From positions 1 through 39,641 of the forward strand of contig CAYILC010000002.1 in NCBI GenBank assembly GCA_964364145.1: DNA of 39,641 nt, written 5' to 3'. Each line of letters starts with the position of its first letter. Positions within the stretch are counted from its first letter, which is position 1. Under the pieces are notes generated by a model, which saw only the letters and a program-made list of their open reading frames with translations, was not told the origin of the DNA and searched no databases. Both the position numbers and the translations under genes were made by a program. The stretch comes from an uncultured Pseudomonadales bacterium (GTDB lineage: Bacteria > Patescibacteriota > Microgenomatia > UBA1400 > UBA12028). Shown here piece by piece: positions 18,539 through 26,931 of the stretch.

Positions 18539-18581
18539 ACACCAGAACTTCTTATTCCGAAAAATCTTATTGGAGAAACTT

Positions 18582-19349
18582 ATGGTAATATCACAGCCAA
18601 ATCAGAAAAAAACTTCCACACGTTTTTCTCGAGTTCTTCTCAAAGTTGGCGGTGAGTCATTATTGGGTGATCGAGAGTATGGCATTTCACCTCAAGCAGC
18701 ATTAACCGTCGCAAAGCAAATCAAAGAAATTTATGATCTTGGTGTGCAGTTGGTTATTGTTGTTGGTGGCGGCAACATTTTCCGAGGGGTCGCTGGTGAG
18801 AAAAGCGGTATTGACCGAGCAACAGCAGACTATATGGGTATGCTTGCAACAGTCATCAATGCACTTGGATTACAGGATGCCTTAGAAAAAGTTGGCGTTC
18901 CAACACGCGTGCAGTCTGCCTTACAAATGCCGGCGGTTTCCGAGCCGTTTATTCGTCGCAGAGCAATTCGGCATTTAGAAAAGGGTAGAGTAGTGATCTT
19001 GGCCGCGGGAACAGGTGTACCATATGTGACGACCGATACAGGAGCATCCCTTCATGCCTTGGAACTTCACTGCGATGTGGTGATGAAGGCAACAAAAGTT
19101 GATGGAGTCTACGACAAAGATCCGATGAAATTTCCAGATGCCAAACGGTATAAAACGTTAAAGTTTATTGATGCACATAAGGATGAGAATGTTTTAGTGA
19201 TGGACTCTAGCGCTTTGGCCATGTGTATGGAGAACAACATGCCGGTGATGGTATTTGAACTGTTCAAGGCAGGAAATTTAAAGAAAGCGATTATTGGTGA
19301 GGATGTGGGAACATACGTGGCGAATGATGTGGAGACGGTGCTGGCGTAA
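18582..19349 (+). CDS. pyrH: Uridylate (UMP) kinase
   Basis: RVLLKVGGESL and VVGGGNIFRG amino-acid-kinase-fold motifs. The ATG at 18582 is preferred over the track start at 18504. Confidence 0.9.
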   Translation: MVISQPNQKKTSTRFSRVLLKVGGESLLGDREYGISPQAALTVAKQIKEIYDLGVQLVIVVGGGNIFRGVAGEKSGIDRATADYMGMLATVINALGLQDALEKVGVPTRVQSALQMPAVSEPFIRRRAIRHLEKGRVVILAAGTGVPYVTTDTGASLHALELHCDVVMKATKVDGVYDKDPMKFPDAKRYKTLKFIDAHKDENVLVMDSSALAMCMENNMPVMVFELFKAGNLKKAIIGEDVGTYVANDVETVLA

Positions 19350-19374
19350 ATAGTCTGGCAAAAGATAGCTAGCA

Positions 19375-19403
19375 TTGACAACATACAACATACAACATAC
19401 AAT
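19375..19403 (+). promoter_or_regulatory. Near-consensus sigma70-type promoter TTGACA-17 nt-TACAAT, ending 6 nt before the vapB ATG
   Basis: The -35 TTGACA lies at 19375-19380. The 17-nt spacer consists of ACATACA heptamer repeats, and the -10 TACAAT lies at 19398-19403. ATG 19410 is the expected TSS position, so the mRNA would be leaderless. Confidence 0.6.
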
Positions 19404-19409
19404 CACGGC

Positions 19410-19649
19410 ATGATTCGTACACAGATCTATATTCCAGATGAGATGTATCAGCATGTTATGGTTATTTCCAAGACAAGTGGGGAGAACTTTTCCGTGATTG
19501 TTCGCAAGAGTATTGATGGATATTTGAAGAAAACTACTGGAAAAAAGCGCGCAAAAAAATTTGGCAAAGGATTTATTGGAGCTGGAAAAGGAAAAATACC
19601 TCGAGACCTAGCCCAAAATGTTGATACATATCTCTATGGAGGAGAGTAA
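19410..19649 (+). CDS. vapB: Type II antitoxin (VapB-like, probable ribbon-helix-helix N-terminus)
   Basis: 79 aa with N-terminal MIRTQIYIPDEMYQHV.. and a Lys/Gly-rich tail. It ends 5 nt before the PIN-domain gene. Confidence 0.6.
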   Translation: MIRTQIYIPDEMYQHVMVISKTSGENFSVIVRKSIDGYLKKTTGKKRAKKFGKGFIGAGKGKIPRDLAQNVDTYLYGGE

Positions 19650-19654
19650 TTCTC

Positions 19655-20071
19655 ATGTCAGAGTATTTCCTTCTTGATACGAATGTTCTTCTGGCATTGT
19701 ATTGGCCCCATGATAATCTCCATATTCGTGCCGTAAACATGGTTACCAGTCTTCGGGATAAAAAAGCCCAATTCGCGACGGTTAGTCTTGTTATTCAGGA
19801 GTGCGTTACAGTGATCAGTATGCGAAAAGGAATGGATTCAGCAAAAGATTTTTATGCACATTATGGAACGATCATAGAAAAGGTGATTCAATTTGATGAA
19901 CAGCTTGAAGACAAGGCATGGAGAATTTTCCTCAAGCAAAAGAAGAAAGGCACATCGTTTGTTGATTGTGCGCTTGTGGCTACTGCAAAAAAACTTGGCA
20001 TGAAGGATATTCTTACCTATGACAAGTGGTTTAAATCCTGTGGTTTTCCGCTACAATACACCCAATCATGA
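19655..20071 (+). CDS. vapC: PIN-domain ribonuclease toxin VapC
   Basis: FLLDTNVLL (first acidic residue), ..QECVTV.., and SFVDCALVATAKKLGMKDILTYD, which are typical PIN acidic-residue positions. A GGAGAG SD lies upstream. Confidence 0.8.
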   Translation: MSEYFLLDTNVLLALYWPHDNLHIRAVNMVTSLRDKKAQFATVSLVIQECVTVISMRKGMDSAKDFYAHYGTIIEKVIQFDEQLEDKAWRIFLKQKKKGTSFVDCALVATAKKLGMKDILTYDKWFKSCGFPLQYTQS

Positions 20072-20155
20072 CAAATATATCGGCTGATCCCATTTTTGAT
20101 TTCATTAAAAAAAGAAGAACAGCGGCAAGAGAAGTAACTTGCGCTATAAAACTTC

Positions 20156-21049
20156 TTATGTAAAAGATGTGAGTCCCAATGCTTGCATTGCTGTGGGATT
20201 TGCACCATATGTGTTCGTCAAAGCCCCAACGATTTTTTCTACTTGTTGTTCTGGAGTAAGAAAGGTTGTGTCTACAATGAGATGAAGACCGCTATAAATA
20301 GTATGAGGATCATAGACTATTCCATATTGATTGTTGAATATGGATTGATCATCCGCATATCTCGTTGAACGTGCTTGATCTGCATCAAAGAGTTCACTGG
20401 GTGACGGTTGATAGTCAGGGGGTTTGTTGTTTTGTCGTCTCACATGACGCACATTTGCCACCCTTCTTGCACTGGTGAAACCTATGGCGATTTGTACAAG
20501 GTCAGGAGGGAGAAGCTGTGCATTTGAAATAGGGCAGTGCTCCATACAAAGAAGGTTCCATAGCAACTTAGTATCGAGAATAACAGGTACATGTTGATCA
20601 AGTTTATAAGCTTTAATAACACGGTTGGTACATGCTTCATCAATCATCAGATCGAAATTTTGCGGAGGATTTTCCTTGCGAGCATAACGAAGAACCTTAT
20701 CTTTATCAACATCCGTATCCGGCGACATATTGTGTTGTGTTCTATACCATTTACTCGCGAGGCTCAAAAACACCTTGCCAACGTATACTACGCGATCATC
20801 AGGAATTTTTAAGAATCGAACAAGAGCATCTCTGGTAGTTGTTATTCCCACCGCTCCAACCTGTTGATCATCTGGGTAAGCAGTCAATGAAATCAAAATA
20901 GGTTTTGAAGTAAACCCGGAAGCATCAGGATGAGAAAGTGATTCTGGTTCGGGTAAAGGACGACCACCTGGTCGAATAGGAACCGCGTATCGCCAAGCCT
21001 CTTCAACCGATGGATCTTTAAATGCTAGATATTCAGATTGCCCGAACAT
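20156..21049 (-). CDS. Divergent cytidylate-kinase-like (archaeal/type-2 CMK-like) protein with an atypical P-loop and an N-terminal extension
   Basis: By-eye alignment to archaeal CMK: ISLT..VGAVGITTTRDALVRFL (P-loop region), VVYVGKVF, VPVILDTKLLWNLL, DLVQIAIGFTSARRVANV and QYGIVYDPHTIYSGLHLIVDTTFLTPEQQVEKIV. I chose the ATG at 21049; the track start is the GTG at 21073. The functional call is tentative. Confidence 0.45.
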   Translation of the reverse strand: MFGQSEYLAFKDPSVEEAWRYAVPIRPGGRPLPEPESLSHPDASGFTSKPILISLTAYPDDQQVGAVGITTTRDALVRFLKIPDDRVVYVGKVFLSLASKWYRTQHNMSPDTDVDKDKVLRYARKENPPQNFDLMIDEACTNRVIKAYKLDQHVPVILDTKLLWNLLCMEHCPISNAQLLPPDLVQIAIGFTSARRVANVRHVRRQNNKPPDYQPSPSELFDADQARSTRYADDQSIFNNQYGIVYDPHTIYSGLHLIVDTTFLTPEQQVEKIVGALTNTYGANPTAMQALGLTSFT

Positions 21050-21063
21050 AATACGAATTGCAC

Positions 21064-21088
21064 ATTGTATCACATCAGGTGGTACAAT
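21064..21088. promoter_or_regulatory. Back-to-back divergent extended -10 promoters: minus-strand TGaTACAAT and plus-strand TGgTACAAT
   Basis: The plus strand reads ATTGTAtca-catcagg-tggTACAAT, a hexamer-level inverted repeat. The glyA ATG is 8 nt downstream of the plus-strand hexamer, and the cmk-like ATG at 21049 is 14 nt downstream of the minus-strand hexamer. Confidence 0.5.
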
Positions 21089-21096
21089 AACCCGAT

Positions 21097-22425
21097 ATGA
21101 AAACTTCTACTGATCCAGTTTTTACACTCATCCAGCAAGAAAAAAAACGACAAGAAGAGACGCTCGCACTGATTCCTTCGGAGAATTATACGTCTCCAGA
21201 GGTTATGAAGGCTGTTGGCTCGGTGCTCATGAACAAGTATGCAGAAGGTCAAGCAAAAAAACGATACTACCAAGGCAATACGATTATCGATGAAGTGGAG
21301 CTACTTTGTAAATCACGAGCACTCCAAGTATTTGGTCTACGTGAGGATGAATGGGGGGTAAATGTTCAAACGCTTTCTGGAAGTCCGGCGAACTTGGCGG
21401 TATACGCCGCTTTGCTGGAGCCAGGGGATAAGATCTTTTCAATGTATCTTCCTGATGGAGGCCATTTATCGCATGGCTGGCAAATGCCTGGAAAAAAAGT
21501 AACCTTAGTCTCAAAGATTTGGGACATCGAGTTTTATCATGTAAGTAAAGAAACGCGTGTGTTCGATTATGATCAAATCGAGCAACAGGCGCTAAAGTTT
21601 AGACCAAAGCTTATTGTTTCGGGCGGAACCGCGTATCCTCGTGAAATCGATCACAAACGTATGGGGGCTATTGCCAAAAAAGTTGGAGCATATTATCTTG
21701 CAGATGTTGCGCATGAGGCTGGGCTTATTGCCGGCGGCGCAAACACTTCACCATTTCCGTATGCTGATGTTGTAAGCATGACCACACACAAAACACTCCG
21801 TGGCCCTCGCGGCGCGATGGTGTTTGCCCGAAAACCAATTGATGAAGCAATAGACAAAGCAGTTTTTCCTGGCCTTCAAGGTGGTCCGCATGAACACACT
21901 ATTGGCGGCATTGCTGTGGCACTTGGAGAGGCACTACGGCCTTCTTTTAAGAATTATGCCCGGCAAGTAGTGGTTAATGCACAGCTCTTGGCTGCCAAGT
22001 TAAAATCTGCTGGATATGATGTTGTCTCGGATGGTACCGATAAACACTTGGTCTTGGTTGATCTCCGTTCTGTTGGTCTTTCCGGATGGGTGGCGGCTTG
22101 GGCTTTGGAGTATGCCGGGATTGTTGTGAATCGCAATACTGTTCCATACGAAACCGCGTCACCGTTTTTTCCTTCTGGTTTACGATTGGGAACCCCAGCA
22201 GTAACTACTCGAGGTATGAAAGAAAAAGAAATGCAGTATATTGCTGATTGGATCATCAAGATACTTACGTACGCAAAGAAGTGGCAACTCCCTGAAGATA
22301 TAGAACGTCGCAAGGAATTTACTCGGGCATTTCGAAAAGAAATCGTTACAGATCGTTTTCTTCATGATGTGCGAAAAAATGTTGTTGCGCTTTGTAAACG
22401 GTTCCCGATTTACAGGAAGTCATGA
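21097..22425 (+). CDS. glyA: Serine hydroxymethyltransferase
   Basis: SENYTSPEVM, and the PLP-lysine region VSMTTHKTLRGPRG. Confidence 0.95.
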   Translation: MKTSTDPVFTLIQQEKKRQEETLALIPSENYTSPEVMKAVGSVLMNKYAEGQAKKRYYQGNTIIDEVELLCKSRALQVFGLREDEWGVNVQTLSGSPANLAVYAALLEPGDKIFSMYLPDGGHLSHGWQMPGKKVTLVSKIWDIEFYHVSKETRVFDYDQIEQQALKFRPKLIVSGGTAYPREIDHKRMGAIAKKVGAYYLADVAHEAGLIAGGANTSPFPYADVVSMTTHKTLRGPRGAMVFARKPIDEAIDKAVFPGLQGGPHEHTIGGIAVALGEALRPSFKNYARQVVVNAQLLAAKLKSAGYDVVSDGTDKHLVLVDLRSVGLSGWVAAWALEYAGIVVNRNTVPYETASPFFPSGLRLGTPAVTTRGMKEKEMQYIADWIIKILTYAKKWQLPEDIERRKEFTRAFRKEIVTDRFLHDVRKNVVALCKRFPIYRKS

Positions 22426-23933
22426 TATATATTGTCGATTTTGGCTCACAGACCGCGCATTTAATCGGGAGGCGGTTGCGCGACATTGGTGTTCACATCG
22501 AATATATCGTTCCCTCAGAAATTCTTTCAAAAATACAGAAACAAAAACCGCAAGGCATTATTTTTTCGGGTGGCCCTTCCTCTGTTTATGAAAAAGGCGC
22601 ACCAACTATTTCATCCAAAGTTTTCTCATTGAAGATTCCTATTTTAGCGATCTGCTATGGTTGGCAACTCATGGCAAAGAAACTCGGTGGTCAAGTAAAA
22701 AGCGGTCAAAAAGAGTACGGCCCAGCAACAATAACGTTTTCCAAGAATGTATTTGCACTGCCAAAAACATCATACTCGGTCATCATGTCGCATGGAGACA
22801 GTGTCACAAAACTTCCTCCAGGATTTTCTGCGATCGGCACTACACCTCGAGTTCCATTCGCTGCCGTGACAGATCAAACAAGAAATTTTTTTGGACTTCT
22901 TTTTCATCCCGAAGCCGATCATACGCAGCAAGGCAACAATATTCTTACGTACTTTGCAGAAAAAGTGTGTAAAGAGAAACTTATGCCTCTTTCTATAGAT
23001 CCGCGTTTGTTCATCGAACAAATTCGTCAAACGGTAGGAAAAGAAAAGATTATTTGCGCTGTGTCTGGCGGGGTGGACTCTACTGTTGCGGCCGCGCTCA
23101 TTGGAAAAGCAATCGGCAAGCAACTTATCGCGGTGTATGTCGAAAGCGGACTTATGCGTCAAGGAACAATTAAAAATGTGCGGCAACTTTTTACTCGTCA
23201 TGTAAAGACAAAACTTGTGGTGATCCAGGCTAGAAAGCGATTTCTTCGAGCACTTAAAGGTATTACCGATCCTGAAAAAAAGAGAAAAGCGATTGGAAAG
23301 CTCTATATCGATATATTCAGCGAAGAAGCAAAGAAACATAGGAACATTTCTTTTTTGGGGCAAGGAACGATTTACTCCGACGTTATCGAATCCAAGGGAA
23401 GCAAGCATGCTTCAAAGATTAAGTCGCATCACAATGTTGGCGGGTTGCCAAAGGGAATGAAGATGAGGTTAATCGAACCACTTCGGACATTTTATAAGGA
23501 TGAGGTGCGTGTACTTGGCAGAAAACTTGGTATTCCGGAAGAGTTTGTCAAACAGCGCGCATTTCCCGGACCAGGATATGCCATTCGCATCCGAGGAGAA
23601 GTTACCGAACAGCGTCTTGCACAAGAGATTCAAGCGGACAATATTGTTGTGGAGGAGCTCAAGCGCGCTCATTTATATGACAAGTGCTTTCAATGTTTTG
23701 CGGTAATGACCGGAGCGTATAGCACTGCGGTAAAGGGCGATGCCCGCGTGTTTGCCGAGGTTGTTGCGGTGCGCGCATATGAATCAAACGACGTCATGAC
23801 CTCCCAGTGGGCGGATATTCCATATGAAGTCCTCTCAACAATTTCATCAAGAATTGTAAATGAGGTTCCACAAATCTCTCGCGTGGTGTACGACATCACC
23901 AATAAACCACCCGCAACAATGGAATGGGAGTAG
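22422..23933 (+). CDS. guaA: GMP synthase (glutamine-hydrolysing)
   Basis: GATase domain (ILAICYGWQL, FHPE), PP-loop SGGVDS, and the C-terminal dimerisation domain ending ..PPATMEWE. There is an ATGA overlap with glyA. Confidence 0.95.
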   Translation: MIYIVDFGSQTAHLIGRRLRDIGVHIEYIVPSEILSKIQKQKPQGIIFSGGPSSVYEKGAPTISSKVFSLKIPILAICYGWQLMAKKLGGQVKSGQKEYGPATITFSKNVFALPKTSYSVIMSHGDSVTKLPPGFSAIGTTPRVPFAAVTDQTRNFFGLLFHPEADHTQQGNNILTYFAEKVCKEKLMPLSIDPRLFIEQIRQTVGKEKIICAVSGGVDSTVAAALIGKAIGKQLIAVYVESGLMRQGTIKNVRQLFTRHVKTKLVVIQARKRFLRALKGITDPEKKRKAIGKLYIDIFSEEAKKHRNISFLGQGTIYSDVIESKGSKHASKIKSHHNVGGLPKGMKMRLIEPLRTFYKDEVRVLGRKLGIPEEFVKQRAFPGPGYAIRIRGEVTEQRLAQEIQADNIVVEELKRAHLYDKCFQCFAVMTGAYSTAVKGDARVFAEVVAVRAYESNDVMTSQWADIPYEVLSTISSRIVNEVPQISRVVYDITNKPPATMEWE

Positions 23934-23973
23934 GCAATACGTGGTGATTTTGACTTCAAGCGTGATTCTATGC

Positions 23974-23984
23974 TGTGATACACT
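23974..23984 (+). promoter_or_regulatory. Extended -10 promoter TGTGaTACACT, 6 nt upstream of the nfo ATG
   Basis: This is the same 11-mer as upstream of topA. There is no SD. Confidence 0.5.
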
Positions 23985-23990
23985 CTCCCT

Positions 23991-24833
23991 ATGAAAACAC
24001 CTCGTCGACTTGGCGCCCATCTTTCTGTTGCTGGCGGTCTTGTCAGCGCCGCACAAAATATGATTTCCATGAGTGGTAACTGTTTGCAGATTTTTTCCGG
24101 ATCTCCGAGAAGTTGGACCAGAAAGCCGTTGGAGCAAGCAAAAGCGGATGCGTATAAAACATTCTGCAAAGACCACAATTTTGGCCCAACCTTTATCCAC
24201 GCACTGTATCTCATCAATTTGAGTGGTGATCGCGACGACCTCATCCACCATTCGATTGATGCACTCACATATGATCTACAATACTCATCGCAGATTGGCG
24301 CAAGCGGAGTCATTGTCCATCTGGGAAGTCACCTTGGAAAGGGTTTTGAAGCGGTGTTTGATGTGTTGGTAAAGCGCATGCGCGAAATCTTGGATGCGAC
24401 ACCTACTAATAGCACGTTACTCATTGAAAATTCTGCGGGGCAGAAAGGAAAGTTGTGTTCTGATTTTGCCGATATTCAACGGCTATATACTGCGTTGCCC
24501 ACGTATGTCGAAAAACAACGACTTGCTTGGTGTTTTGATACGTGTCATGGATTTGCGGCGGGGTATGACTTGGCGCATATAGACCAGGAAATGAAGAAAC
24601 ACGATTTGTTGAACTCTCTCAAAGTAATCCACTTGAACGACTCACGCGATCCTTTTAACAGTGGCCGTGATCGTCATGAGAATATTGGCAAAGGATTGAT
24701 TGGAGAGAACGGGATGAAATCGGTCGCACAAAACCCAGCATTTGCACATCTCCCACTCATTCTGGAAGTCCCAGGTTTTGACGGCAACGGTCCGGATGCA
24801 AAAAATATTGAGATTGTAAAGAACCTCATATGA
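23991..24833 (+). CDS. nfo: Endonuclease IV (AP endonuclease, TIM barrel)
   Basis: GAHLSVAGGL, VIVHLGSH, IENSAGQ, VIHLNDS and LILEVP metal-site regions. Confidence 0.9.
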   Translation: MKTPRRLGAHLSVAGGLVSAAQNMISMSGNCLQIFSGSPRSWTRKPLEQAKADAYKTFCKDHNFGPTFIHALYLINLSGDRDDLIHHSIDALTYDLQYSSQIGASGVIVHLGSHLGKGFEAVFDVLVKRMREILDATPTNSTLLIENSAGQKGKLCSDFADIQRLYTALPTYVEKQRLAWCFDTCHGFAAGYDLAHIDQEMKKHDLLNSLKVIHLNDSRDPFNSGRDRHENIGKGLIGENGMKSVAQNPAFAHLPLILEVPGFDGNGPDAKNIEIVKNLI

Positions 24834-25633
24834 TGATCTTTGACGGCAAAGCCGTAGCTTATGAGCGAAAGAAACTACTGAAAGAGAAGATCAGTAAACT
24901 TCCTCATTTACGTATATATTCATTGGTATTTCAAGAAGATCATCCTAGTATAATTTATGCCAACTTGAAGAAAAAAGATGCTGAATCGGTTGGAGTAGAG
25001 TACGAGATTGTCATCCTGCCAATAAGTACAACACTTGAAGAAGTGAAAGAGCGACTTTTACAAGCAGGAGCAGATTCAACAATTTCAGCAATCATTGTCC
25101 AAAAACCAGCGAAGACTTTGGAGCCAAACCCAACTTGGTGGTCAGAAATTGTTTCATCAATTCATCAAAAAAAAGACGTGGATGGCCTTCGGCTAGATCG
25201 AGTGGTACTTCCGGCAACAGCGCGGGCAATTCTCTCGATCTTTGATAGTGCATGTGAACACCTGCGATTCAAGCCGAAAGGGAAAGTTGCAGTGGTTTTA
25301 GGAAGAAGTGAAATTGTGGGAAAACCTGTCGCCGATGAACTTGAAAAGCGGTATCACATGATTGTGCATCGGTTTGGCCGCAAAGAACTTGCAACTCAGC
25401 CGGAAATACTCAAACAGGCAGACTTACTCGTATCTGCCACAGGACAAGAAGGTTTGGTAACGGACGACATGCTAAAACAGGGAGTGATTGTTATTGACGC
25501 GGGATCGCCGAAAGCAGAGGTAAACACAACAGGGTTGTTTGAGGTTGCAAGTTTTCTTTCACCGGTTCCTGGCGGCGTTGGGCCGATGACACGAGTCTGC
25601 CTCTTGGAAAATCTTATTGACCTGGTACAATAG
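24830..25633 (+). CDS. folD: Bifunctional 5,10-methylene-THF dehydrogenase/cyclohydrolase
   Basis: VLGRSEIVGKPVA Rossmann region and the PVPGGVGPMT C-terminal signature. There is an ATGA overlap with nfo. The protein is somewhat short at 267 aa. Confidence 0.88.
   Translation: MMIFDGKAVAYERKKLLKEKISKLPHLRIYSLVFQEDHPSIIYANLKKKDAESVGVEYEIVILPISTTLEEVKERLLQAGADSTISAIIVQKPAKTLEPNPTWWSEIVSSIHQKKDVDGLRLDRVVLPATARAILSIFDSACEHLRFKPKGKVAVVLGRSEIVGKPVADELEKRYHMIVHRFGRKELATQPEILKQADLLVSATGQEGLVTDDMLKQGVIVIDAGSPKAEVNTTGLFEVASFLSPVPGGVGPMTRVCLLENLIDLVQ
25623..25631 (+). promoter_or_regulatory. Extended -10 promoter TGgTACAAT inside the folD 3' end, upstream of the rpsB leader
   Basis: The same 9-mer occurs at glyA (21080-21088) and rpsT (29446-29454). 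It would give a ~75-nt rpsB 5' UTR containing a hairpin at 25659-25690 and the SD AAGGAG. Confidence 0.45.
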
Positions 25634-25711
25634 CCCTTACTAAACGTACTACACACCTCGCGACGTTCTCCTGATTAGAACTTCGCCGCGGGGGAGGAAC
25701 AAGGAGAACAT

Positions 25712-26449
25712 ATGGCAGAAGCATCTGCAGTACAGGTTGTCCAGGCTAAATCAGTTTCATTTTCTGTTGATGTCAAAGACATGCTCGAAGCGGGCTGTCA
25801 TTTTGGTCATCAAGCGCAACGCTGGTCGCCAAAGATGAAGCAATATATTTACGCCACAAAAAACGGCGTCCACATTTTTGACCTTTTCAAAACCGCGCAA
25901 AAACTCGAGGAATCGTGCCAGTTTATCTACAACACAGCAAAAGAAGGCAAAAGCGTTGTGTTCATTGGTACCAAACGCCAAGCTCAAGATATTTTAAAGG
26001 AAGAAGCGATTGGTGCAGGTGCTCCATATATTGCTATTCGCTGGCTTGGTGGAACCATTAGTAACTGGGATCAAATCAAGAAATCGCTGGACAAGATGAA
26101 AAAGTTAAAGAAAGACCGCGAAGAGAGCAAACTCGATATGTTTACTAAAAAAGAGCGCGTTCTCATCGATAAGGATATTTCCCGACTGGAAAGATTTTTG
26201 GGTGGTATTGAAAGTCTTACCACGTTCCCAGATGTATTATTTGTTGTTGACATCAAAAAAGAGGAAAATGCGGTGAAAGAAGCAAAAGCTAAGGGAATTC
26301 CAGTGGTTGCCATTGTGGACTCCAACTGCGATCCAACCCAAGTCACATATCCGATCCCGGCAAATGACGATGCAGTGCGCAGCATTAAACTATTAGTGCA
26401 CGCTGTTGCAACTGCATATAAAGAGGGGAAGGCTGCATGCAAAAAGTAA
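25712..26449 (+). CDS. rpsB: 30S ribosomal protein S2
   Basis: MLEAGCHFGHQAQRWSPKM and VDSNCDP motifs. Confidence 0.95.
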   Translation: MAEASAVQVVQAKSVSFSVDVKDMLEAGCHFGHQAQRWSPKMKQYIYATKNGVHIFDLFKTAQKLEESCQFIYNTAKEGKSVVFIGTKRQAQDILKEEAIGAGAPYIAIRWLGGTISNWDQIKKSLDKMKKLKKDREESKLDMFTKKERVLIDKDISRLERFLGGIESLTTFPDVLFVVDIKKEENAVKEAKAKGIPVVAIVDSNCDPTQVTYPIPANDDAVRSIKLLVHAVATAYKEGKAACKK

Positions 26450-26931
26450 ACTCCAAACCAATCACCACAGAAATGATCAAGCAACTTCGCGAGAAAACTA
26501 ACGCTGGCATTATGGACGCAAAGCGCGCGTTAGAAGAGTCACATGGTGACATGAAAAAAGCTGAGGAGTGGATCAAACAAAAAGGCATGCAGCGCGCCGA
26601 AAAAAAATCTGGGAACGAAGCAAAACAAGGAATTATTGCGAGTTATGTACACCAAGGTAGCCAAGTGGTTGCCATGGTTGAGCTCAACTGTGAAACAGAT
26701 TTTGTGGCACGCAATGAGAAGTTTGTTACCCTTGGCAAAGAAGTTGCTATGCAGGTTGCGTCCATGAAACCAGCCACCGTTGTGGAGCTTTTAGAACAGC
26801 AATATATTCGAAACCCAGATACTAGTATCAAGGATCTAGTGAAAGAAACTGCGGGGATTCTCGGTGAGAATATCGTGGTTGCGCGCTTTACGCGAATGGC
26901 CGTCGGAGAGAACGCAGCACCAATAAAGTAA
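26437..26931 (+). CDS. tsf: Elongation factor Ts (short form)
   Basis: UBA-like N-terminus IKQLREKTNAGIMDAKRALEES.GDMKKAEEWI, and ..VELNCETDFVARN. It directly follows rpsB. Confidence 0.85.
   Translation: MQKVNSKPITTEMIKQLREKTNAGIMDAKRALEESHGDMKKAEEWIKQKGMQRAEKKSGNEAKQGIIASYVHQGSQVVAMVELNCETDFVARNEKFVTLGKEVAMQVASMKPATVVELLEQQYIRNPDTSIKDLVKETAGILGENIVVARFTRMAVGENAAPIK

Noticed and set aside
19381-19401. ACATACA x3 tandem repeat as a microsatellite or mobile-element end
   Set aside because: It exactly fills the 17-nt spacer between a consensus -35 and -10 and overlaps the -10 hexamer. It is better explained as promoter/operator sequence, and no matching repeat occurs at the other side of the vapBC/cmk-like segment.
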